Source: an uncultured Acidobacteriota bacterium
Lineage (GTDB): Bacteria; Acidobacteriota; Vicinamibacteria; Vicinamibacterales; UBA2999
Direction of reading: 5' to 3'
DNA length: 64,000 nt
NCBI GenBank assembly: GCA_963735875.1
Contig: CAVTMO010000017.1
Coordinates: forward strand, 548,040 to 612,039
Numbering within the stretch: position 1 is the stretch's first letter; the number at the start of each line of letters is the position of its first letter. Below the pieces are notes generated by a model. It saw nothing but the letters and a program-made list of their open reading frames with translations. It was not told the DNA's origin and searched no databases. The position numbers were made by a program, and so were the translations under genes. Shown in pieces: positions 1-10,174 of this stretch.

Positions 1-520
1 TCGGCTGGCCAGCGCCACGAAATCCAACGCCCTGCAGCACTCGATGGTGCTGTGGGACGAGGTGGTCGACGCGGTGGCCCGCGACTTCCGCGCCCTCACG
101 ATCACCAAGTACCACGTGGACGCCCTGGCCGCCCGCATGGTCACCAGTCCGCAGACGCTCGACGTGATGGTGGCGTCGAACCTGTTCGGCGACATCCTCA
201 CCGACCTGGGCGCCGCCCTCACCGGCAGTCTGGGCGTCGCGCCCGGCGCCAATCTCAACCCCGAGCGTGATCACCCGTCGATGTTCGAGCCAATCCACGG
301 ATCGGCGCCGGACATCGCCGGCAAGGGCATCGCCAACCCGATCGGCGCGATCTGGGCGGCGGCGCTGATGCTCGAGCACCTCGGCCAGCCCGACGCGAGC
401 GGCGAGATCGTGTCGGCCATCGAGAAGGTGCTCGCCGGGGCGCGGGCGCGCACGCCCGATCTGGGCGGCACCGCGACGACGGGTGATGTCACGGCCGCGG
501 TGCTGAGCGCGGTCGGCTGA
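1..520 (+). CDS. tartrate / D-malate / 3-isopropylmalate dehydrogenase family protein, C-terminal part (5' end outside window)
   Basis: Frame is open from the window edge (RLASATKSNALQHSMVLWDE...) into ORF 44..520. Family motifs SNLFGDILTDLG, NLNPER and FEPIHGSAPDIAGKGIANP are present. TGA at 518-520. Paralogue of 25035..26093. Confidence 0.85.
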   Translation, partial: RLASATKSNALQHSMVLWDEVVDAVARDFRALTITKYHVDALAARMVTSPQTLDVMVASNLFGDILTDLGAALTGSLGVAPGANLNPERDHPSMFEPIHGSAPDIAGKGIANPIGAIWAAALMLEHLGQPDASGEIVSAIEKVLAGARARTPDLGGTATTGDVTAAVLSAVG

Positions 521-557
521 ATCGACCCGGCGACGATCAGCGCTCCAGTGCCGCCTG

Positions 558-2145
558 TCAGTACTCGAAGCGCTCTCCGGGCAGCGGCGGCGTGGTCGGT
601 GGCACACGGCGCATCGGCCGGGCCTTCTCGAAGGCCAGGCCGAGCGACAACAGTCGCGCCTCGGTGAACGGCCGGCCGACGAAGGACAGGCCGATTGGAA
701 GCGGCGGGTCGGTGGTGTATCCGGCCGGGACGCTCAAGTCCGGCCAGCCCGCCAGGGGGGCGAGATCCCGGAAGCCGCGCGCCTCGGGCTGGCTCTCCTG
801 GGCGATGAGGCGGGCGGGACGGATCGTCGGACCGACGAACGCGTCGAGACGCTGCCGCGCCATCGATCCATTCGAGCGCGTCCCGGACGATCTTGCGGCC
901 TTCGGTCACGGCGCTGCGATATGGCTGACCGTCGAGGCCGCTGGTCGCGGCTTCCCGGCGGTAGGCGGCGAGGCGCGCGGGGTTGGGCACCCACCCCTCC
1001 GCCGTCCGGCCGGTCACCGCTTCGCTCATGCGAATGATCTCGGCGTGGGTGCGCGGGAGGTTGGTCCCTGGCAGCGACGCCAGATAGGTCTCGACCTGAT
1101 GCGGGAACTCCGTATCGCGGATGGTGGTGTAGACGCCTCCCATCATGCTGAGCACGTAGGGCGGCAGCGCGACGTCGACGACCTCGGCGCCTTCCCGCCG
1201 CAGGGCCGCGGCGGCCTCGTCGATCACCGCGTCCCACGCGGCCTCCACGCCCAGGAAGTCGCGCATCAGACCCAGGCGAGCACCCTTCAACGCCCCGGGT
1301 GTCATGGCCTTCACGTAGTCGACGGGAGCGCGCGCCACGACGGCCTCGTCGCGCGGGTCGGCACCCGCCATCACAGTCAGCACCGCCGCCAGGTCGGCCA
1401 CCGAGGTCGCCATCGGGCCCACCGTGTCGAGGGACAGGGCCAGCGGAATGATGCCGCCACGGCCGGTCAGGCCGAACGTCGGCCGGATCCCGGTGATGCC
1501 GTTCGCCGAGGCCGGTCCGCGAACCGAACCACCAGTGTCGGTGCCCAGTGCGAAGGTGGCGAACCCGGCGGCGACGGCAGCGCCGCTGCCCCCGCTCGAC
1601 CCGGCCGGCGACCGATCCACGGCAAAGGGGTTGCGGATCTGCCCGCCGAGCGTCGACAGCGCTGCGCCGCTGGCGAACTCGCTCATGTTGGCCAACCCGA
1701 GGATGACGCAGCCGGCGCGCCTGAGCCGTCGAGTCTGCTCGGCGTCCTGGGTCGCCACCGAGTCGCGCAAGCCGTGGAAGCCTGCCGTCGCCGGCCACCC
1801 GGCGACGTCGATGTTCGCCTTGAGGAGCACCGGAATCCCATGCAGCGCGCTTCTCGGCCCGCTCGCCCGACGCTCGGCATCCAATGCGCGAGCGTCCTGA
1901 AGCGCCGTGGGACTGAGCCGGAGAACGGCGTTCAACGCCGGGCCGGCCTTGTCGTAGGCGGCGATGCGCGCCAGGTACAGCGCGGTCAGCCGCTCGGACG
2001 AGAGCACTCCGGCCGCGAAGGCGCCGCTGAGGTCGGCGATCGAGGCGGTCGTGAGATCGATGGTCCCAGCGGCGCGACCGCGGATCGGTACGCTGCCCTT
2101 CACCGCGGCCATCGCGAACAGCGAGAGCAGGGTCCGCCGATCCAT
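558..2145 (-). pseudogene. amidase (amidase-signature family), reading frame broken once near 864
   Basis: N-terminal DRRTLL Tat-like signal. Amidase signature GLANMSEFASG...RNPF..DRSPAGSSGGSGAAVA...GTDTGGSVRGPA. The protein continues co-linearly from ...GRKIVRDALEWI (frame of 2145) into MARQRLDAFVGPTIRP...GLSFVGRPFTEARLLSLGLAFEKA (ORF 558..863). One surplus base at about 864. Confidence 0.8.
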
Positions 2146-2207
2146 GGCGACGCTCCTGTCAGACCGGGCGGCGACGCGTCATCGACATCGCGCCGCCGCC
2201 TCGATCG

Positions 2208-3842
2208 TCAACGCGATGCGGTCTGCTGACGGGCGCGCGCCAGCGACTGCCGATCGGTCGTCGCCGCGCCGGCCTGCTCCAGCAGCTTCTTGTAGAGCGC
2301 GGCCGCCGCCGCCTTGTCGCCCGACGCCTCGGCGGCGCGACCGGCCCCGTAGAGCCCAAGGAACCGTCCCGGCTCCTTGGTCATGGTCGCCTGGAACGCC
2401 GTCTGCGCCTCCTTGGTCCGGCCGGCGTCGAGCAGCATGAAGCCGAGCAGTTCGCGGGCGGGCGCGATGGGCCCGGGCGTCACCGCCGACTTGTCGGTGA
2501 GGTCCTCGGCGTCGGCCACGGCCGACAGCAGCTCGATGCCTTTGGCCTTGTCGCCCTCGGCGTAGACCTTCCACGCCTCCACCACGCGGCGCTGGATGTC
2601 CACCTGTTCGGCCCAATACGCGTCCTTCATCTCGAGCATGCGGGCCTTGATCGCGGCCAGGCGCTCGATCTCGACCGCGGCGTCGGCCGGCTTGCCGCCG
2701 CGCGCCGCGCCGAGGCCGCGCGCGAAGTGCGTGATCGCCTCGGTGTAGGGCGCGTTCGGGGTCGGCCGCACCGTGAGTGCCGCCGCCTCGCTCCACGCCT
2801 CGCGCTCCAGCACGTAGCGCGCCGGAATGGCCGCCAGGGCGAACGCGCCGGCCCCCGCCGCGCCAGCCGCCGCCGCCGTCGACCCGACCGTGGCAATCGT
2901 CACCGCGTGGTCGCGCACGCCCTTGGCCGAGGCGTCGTCGGCCAGCTGCAGGTAGGCATAGGTCTGGTAGTCGAGAGCGTGCAGCTCCTCGCCGGCGCCG
3001 GCCGGGCCGCCGGCCTTGCGCGCCGCCTCCGCCGACTTGCGGTTGGTGTCGATCGACTCCTTCCAGTAGCCGACGCGCGTGAAGGTGTGCGACGGCATGT
3101 GGAGCGCGTGCGGCACGACCGGCGCGATCGAGGCGTAGCTGCGGGCGGCGACGAGCGCGCGCGGGGCCAGCGGCGGCGCGTCGTAGGCGTGAATGATGTA
3201 GTGCGCCACGCCGGGATGGGCCGGCATCTTCTTGAAGAGCGGCTCCAGGATCTCGGCCGCGCGCAGGTTGGCGGCGTAGGTCTTGTCTGAGGGCGTGGCG
3301 GTCTGCGCCACGGCGAGCGCCCAGAAGATGCGCGCCTCGGTGTCGCCAGGATTGTCCTTGGCGATCTGGCCCATCGTCGGCCTCGTAGGCGACGACGCGA
3401 GCGCGCTGGGTGGTGACGTCGGCGCTGGAGAACAGCCCGGCCACGGCATCGATGTAGCCCTTCTCGCGCCGCGTCGGCGTCCCGGTGGCCTGGGCCTTCT
3501 CGATCGCCGCCTTGCCGGTGGCGATTGTCTCCGGTGTGCGGAGGCCGCCGAAGGGGTTGCCCCAGTAGGTCAGCGCCACGCCCCAATGGGCCATCGCGCA
3601 GCGCAGGGTCCTTGGCGGCAATCGCCGTGAACTCCTGCCGCGCTTCGGGGAACCAGAAGGAGTGCAGCAGCGCCACCGCCCGGTTCATGTCGGTCTTGAC
3701 GCGCCGGGCTGCACGAGGTCTGGAAGTCGACCGTGCCCACCTGCTCCGCCGACAGCGCCCCCGTGCCATGGGTCTCGTGCTGCGCGAACGCCGGTGGACA
3801 CACCAGACAGGCGGCCATCATCGCGATACAGGTCTTGGTCAT
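2208..3842 (-). pseudogene. secreted TPR-like protein, three frame breaks in the 5' third
   Basis: Four co-linear pieces. Piece 1: signal peptide MTKTCIAMMAACLVCPPAFAQ...VDFQTSCSPA (from ATG 3842, GGAGGAGG 8 nt upstream). Piece 2: VKTDMNRAVALLHSFWFPEARQEFTAIAAKDPA. Piece 3: CAMAHWGVALTYWGNPFGG...RARVVAYEA. Piece 4: TMGQIAKDNPGDTEARIFWALAV... to TGA 2208. Breaks at about 3701, 3601 and 3378. Family assignment beyond TPR-like is uncertain. Confidence 0.6.
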
Positions 3843-3887
3843 CACTTCAGCCTCCTCCACATGTCACCTATTACTCAATTACATTAC

Positions 3888-5140
3888 TTACTTGCCGAAC
3901 GTCAGCCGATCGAGGCCGATGCGTCCGTTGCTCAGTACCAGCAGGGGATCGAGCAGCGTGCGCGGGTGGTCGAGCGGATTGGCGTCCACCACCAGGAGGT
4001 CGGCTTCGAACCCGGCGCGCACCTGGCCGACCTGCTTGTCGATCCGGAGCAGCTCGGCGTTGACCGTGGTAGCGGCCTGCAGCGCCGCCAACGGCGCGAA
4101 CCCGGCTTCGACCAGCTCGAGCACCTCACGCGACACCCGGGCCATGCTGGCCGGGCCGTACCCGGTGTCCGACCCGGTCACGACCTTGACCCCGGCCGCC
4201 CGGGCCCGCCGGATGGTGTCGACCAGGATCGGTTTGAGCATCTGTCCGCGACGCTGCAGCCCGGCGTTGTCGTAGTCGCCGCCTGGCGCGGCCAGGTCGT
4301 TGACGACGTCGGCGGTCGGGTCGAAGAAGGTGCCCTGCTTCGCCATCAGCTTCAGCGTCTCGTCTGAGAGATAGGTACCATGCTCGATGCTGCGGACTCC
4401 AGCTTTTACCGCCGCGTGGGCCCCTTCGGCGCCGTGGGCATGGGCAAGCACCGGAACGCCCCGCGCGCCCGCCTCGCCGACCACCGCCGCCAGGTCGGCC
4501 TCCGAGTAGACCTGCTTGCGTGGGTCGGTGTCGGGCGTGCCGGCGCGTTCGGTCGCCAGCACCTTGATCCAATCCACCGTATGGGCGAGGTTCATCCGAA
4601 CGAATCGCCGAAGCGCGTCTGGCGTCGTAAGGCCGGGCTGGAGCAAGTCGCCCAGGTCGGGCGCGTCGAAGTACGCTTCGACCGCTGGCTGCGGCCGCAC
4701 GTGGTATCCGGCGGCCTGCACGTCGGGCCCCGCCAGGGCGCCGCGCTTGACCAGCTCGCGCAGGCCGACATCCTCGAAGTGCGAGACGCCGGCACTTCGC
4801 ACGGTCGTGACGCCGCTCTCCAGGGCCGCGCGCATGGCCGGCAGCCCGGCGATGTGGACGTGCGCGTCGATCAGCCCCGGCAGGAGATAGCGGCCGCCGA
4901 GGTCGATGCGGCGCAGGTCCGTCGCCGCGCCTGGGAGCGCGGTCCCCACCGACTCGATACGCCCGTCGCGCACGACCACGACCGACCCGCGCCGGACCTC
5001 ACCGGAGCCGACATCGACGACCGCGGCGTTCGACCAGGAGCACCGCCGGCGCCGGGACGGCGGGCTGTGCCGAGGACGGCCCCCCACGACGACACCGCCG
5101 CGGCGAGGGCGGCCGCGGCGACCGGGACCCTGCGGACCAT
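3888..5140 (-). pseudogene. metal-dependent amidohydrolase (imidazolonepropionase / Xaa-Pro dipeptidase-like), two frame breaks in the first ~110 nt
   Basis: Main ORF 3888..5087 has VVVRDGRIESVG...LLPGLIDAHVHI...VLAHAHGAEG...GSDTG. The N-terminus is reconstructed across three frames: MVRRVPVAAAALAAAV (ATG 5140), then ..SSAQPAVPAPAVLLV, then NAAVVDVGSGEV. Breaks are at the C6 run 5080-5085 and at about 5031. Confidence 0.7.
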
Positions 5141-5259
5141 CGCGCCGAGTCTACAGCGCCGTGCCCGCGGGCTGTGAGCCAATACACAACCCAGTGTTAT
5201 ATTGACGCCACGCAACCCAACAGCGACGCGCCGCTGCCAGCCTCGGGTCGCTCGAAACA

Positions 5260-5276
5260 CTGGCACGGAAGCCGCA
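5260..5276 (+). promoter_or_regulatory. sigma-54-type -24/-12 promoter candidate
   Basis: CTGGCACGGAAGCCGCA matches YTGGCACGrNNNTTGCW. It has TGGCAC, correctly spaced GG (5262-63) and GC (5274-75), and a trailing A. It lies about 93 nt upstream of ATG 5369 in a 228-bp intergenic region of lower GC. Confidence 0.4.
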
Positions 5277-5368
5277 GGCAGTGTTGGGTCTTTTGGGTGC
5301 CGGCTCGTCTGCCGGCGACACCGCCGCCCGCGCGGATTACGGGCGCATTCCATCAAGGAGCCGCCAAT

Positions 5369-7465
<2,097 letters not shown>

Positions 7466-7479
7466 TCGACGAGCCACGG

Positions 7480-7513
7480 GCGCGACCGGACGGTGACCGC
7501 CGTCCGGTCGCGC
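7480..7513 (+). other. perfect 14-bp stem-loop between the radical SAM stop and over the SulP start codon
   Basis: gcgcgaccggacgg (7480-7493) pairs with ccgtccggtcgcgc (7500-7513), loop tgaccg. GTG start 7493-7495 sits at the stem/loop junction. No U-tract follows. Confidence 0.6.
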
Positions 7514-9218
7514 TACACTGATCGCATCGACGCGATCCGCTTCCGACAGTGGGCGGAGCAGTTCCGCCCGGCCCTCCGCACCCAGCTCTCCGGCTATTCA
7601 CGGGCAACGCTCGCCGCCGACGTCGGCGCCGGCCTCACCGTCGGCCTCGTCGCGCTGCCGCTGGCGATGGCCTTCGGCATCTCGAGCGGAGTCACCCCCG
7701 AAGCCGGCATCCACACCGCGATTCTCGGCGGGCTCATGGTGGCGGCGCTCGGCGGCTCGGCAGTCCAGGTGTCCGGGCCTACCGGCGCGTTCGTGGTGGT
7801 GGTGGCCGGGATCATCGCCACCTTCGGCCTCTCGGGCCTCTTCCTGGTCACGATGATGGCCGGCGTGATCCTGATCGCGCTGGCGCTCACCGGGCTCGGT
7901 GCGGCGGTCCGCTACATCCCCAAACCGATTGTCATCGGCTTCACCAACGGCATCGCGCTGCTCATCGCAACCACGCAGATCAAGGACGCGCTCGGCCTGC
8001 CGCTCGAGAGGGTGCCGACGGAGTTCTTCGCGCGCATGTCCGCGCTCGGCCAGGTCCTGCCGCGGACCGACCCGGTGACGGCCGGCCTCACCGCGGCGTC
8101 ACTGGCCCTGGTGCTGGTGACCCCGCTCGTCTGGCGGCGCGTGCCTGGCCCGATCGTCGCCCTCCTGGCCGGCACGGCGGCGGTGTGGCTGTTCGACCTG
8201 CCGGTGGCGACGATCGGGTCGCGCTTCGGCGGGCTGCCCCGCCACCTGCCGACGTTGAACGTGCCCGACTTCCGGGCCGACCTGATCCTGCCGCTGCTGC
8301 CCTCGGCCGTCACGGTGGCGCTCCTGGGCGCGCGTGGAGAGCCTGCTCTCCGCCGTCGTCGCCGACGGGATGACCGGCCGGCGGCACAATTCCAGCGCCG
8401 AACTGCTGGCGCAGGGCGTGGCCAACGTCGTGGTGCCGGTGGTCGGCGGCCTGCCGGTGACCGGCGCCATCGCGCGAACCGCCACCAACGTCCGCGCCGG
8501 CGCACAGACGCCGATCGCGTCGATCGTGCACGCCGTGACGCTGGCGGCCGTGGTGTTCGCCTTCGCTCCGCTGGCCGGCTACGTGCCGCTGGCGACGCTG
8601 GCCGCCGTGCTCCTGGTCGTGGCGTGGAATATGGGCGAGTGGCTCGAGATCGCGCCGATCCTCAAGCTCGAGTGGAGCGACGTCGCCGTGTGGGGCATCA
8701 CCTTCGTGCTCACGGTCATCGCCGATCTGACCGTGGCCGTCGAGGCGGGCGTGGTGCTCGCCGCCTTGCTCTACGTGCACCGCGTCTCGCAGACCACCAC
8801 CGTGCAGCTGGTGACGCCGGCGTACCTCGACGAGGGCTACCCGCACATCCTGCAAGGCAAGGACATCCCGCCCTACGTGTCGATCCTCCGGGTGCACGGC
8901 CCGTTCCTCTTCGGCACGACCTCCCTGCTCGACGAGGCCACTGCCGATCTCGACCAGTTCCAGCCCATCGTCGTCCTGCGCCTGCGGAACATGACGGCGA
9001 TCGACGCCACCGGCGTCCACGCGCTGGAGCAGCTCTCGGACCGGCTGACGCGATCGGGCCGCCGCCTGTTGCTGTGCGGCGCCCGCCGCCAGCCGGCGCA
9101 GTTCCTCGAGCGCGCCGAGTTCGTCGCGCACATCGGCGCCGAGAACATCCTGCCGCACGTCGATGCCGCGCTCGACCGGGCTCGTGTCCTGGCCGCCTCG
9201 GGTGCCGTGACGCCGTGA
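7493..9218 (+). pseudogene. SulP family sulfate/anion permease with C-terminal STAS domain, one frame break at about 8333
   Basis: ADVGAGLTVGLVALPLAMAFG...SAVTVALLGA (frame of 7493) continues as VESLLSAVVADGMTG...GLPVTGAIARTA... plus a STAS-like tail (ORF 8334..9218). One surplus base in the gcgcgcg run at 8333. Confidence 0.8.
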
Positions 9219-10036
9219 CGACACTCGCGCTGGCTGGCGTGCGTCTGTTGACGGTCGCGCTCAACGTGCCCGGACCGGCAGCCGTCGCACGGCTCGTCGG
9301 CCTCGGCGCCACGGCCGTCAAGATCGAGCCGCCAGCGGGCGACCCGCTGGCGACGCTGTGCCCGGCGTGGTTCGAGGCGCTGCACGCCGGCGTGACGCGC
9401 GAGACGCTGGACCTCAAGACCGGCGCCGGGCGGACGGGCCTCGATGGCCGGCTGGCTGCCGCGGACGTCGTGATCACCAGCCAGCGCCCCTCGACGCTCG
9501 CGCGTCTCGGCCTCGACCCGCCGCGGGTAGCGGCCATCGCCGCAGCGCTCCGGGTGGTGCGCATCGTCGGCGACACGGCCGACCCCGAGCGCCCCGGCCA
9601 CGATGTGACCTACCAGGCGGAAGCCGGCCTGCTGGGCGATCGGCTGCCGATCACCCTGCTGGCCGATCTCGTCGGCGCCGAGCGGGTGGTGGCTGCCGTG
9701 CTCGTGGCGCTGCGGTCGGCGCCCGGCACCGTAGTGGACGTGGGCCTGCGCAACGCGCTCGACGCGTTGACCGCGCCCATCGCCCACGGCCTGACCGCGT
9801 CCGGCGGGCCTCTGGGAGGCGGCCTGGCGGCGTACGGCGTCTACGCGACGCGCGACGGCCACGTCGCCGTCGGCGCGCTGGAGCCGAGCTTTCGCGGCCG
9901 GCTCTACGCCGCGCTGGAACTGCCGCTCGACGCGCCGCTCGCCGACGCGATGGCCGCGCGCACCACCGCCGAGTGGACCGCCTTCGCCCGCGAGCACGAC
10001 CTGCCGATCAGCAAGTGCGAAGGGGCTGGGGGCTAG
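9215..10036 (+). CDS. CoA-transferase family III (CaiB/BaiF-like) protein, short form
   Basis: GTG 9215 overlaps the SulP TGA (GTGA). LAGVRLLTVALNVPGPAAVARLVGLGATAVKIEPPAGDP resembles the family III N-terminal motif. At 273 aa it is shorter than typical members. The last codons GAGG-TAG lie inside repeat arm 10022-10054. Confidence 0.55.
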   Translation: MTTLALAGVRLLTVALNVPGPAAVARLVGLGATAVKIEPPAGDPLATLCPAWFEALHAGVTRETLDLKTGAGRTGLDGRLAAADVVITSQRPSTLARLGLDPPRVAAIAAALRVVRIVGDTADPERPGHDVTYQAEAGLLGDRLPITLLADLVGAERVVAAVLVALRSAPGTVVDVGLRNALDALTAPIAHGLTASGGPLGGGLAAYGVYATRDGHVAVGALEPSFRGRLYAALELPLDAPLADAMAARTTAEWTAFAREHDLPISKCEGAGG

Positions 10037-10174
10037 GGACTGGGGGCTAGGGCCGCAACGAAAACGGGCGCGAGGCCGAAGCCCCGCGCCCGCTGTGATA
10101 ACGCAGCATGCCGACGGAACAGCCAGACGAGGAGCTTTGTAGCCCAGCCCCAGCCCCGAGCCCCTAGTCCCTAG
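10022..10174. repeat. paired G-tract / C-tract arm element A (GGGGCT/GGGACT heptads) enclosing a terminator
   Basis: Left arm ggggctgggggctagggactgggggctagggcc (10022-10054). Right arm agcccagccccagccccgagcccctagtccctag (10141-10174). The arms are imperfect reverse complements separated by an 86-nt core. Both flanking convergent genes end with TAG inside the arms. Confidence 0.8.
10065..10092 (-). terminator. intrinsic terminator candidate for the minus-strand receptor gene
   Basis: cgggcgcgaggc / gccccgcgcccg stem (11 bp, one mismatch), loop cgaa. On the minus strand it is followed by TTTT (aaaa at 10061-10064). Confidence 0.5.

Noticed and set aside
10022-10174. Interpretation of the three G-arm/C-arm elements as MITE copies or a CRISPR-like array
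   Set aside because: The cores between the arms share no similarity. No target-site duplications or transposase are visible. The heptad units are far too short and contiguous for CRISPR repeats and spacers. They are kept as a structural repeat family instead.
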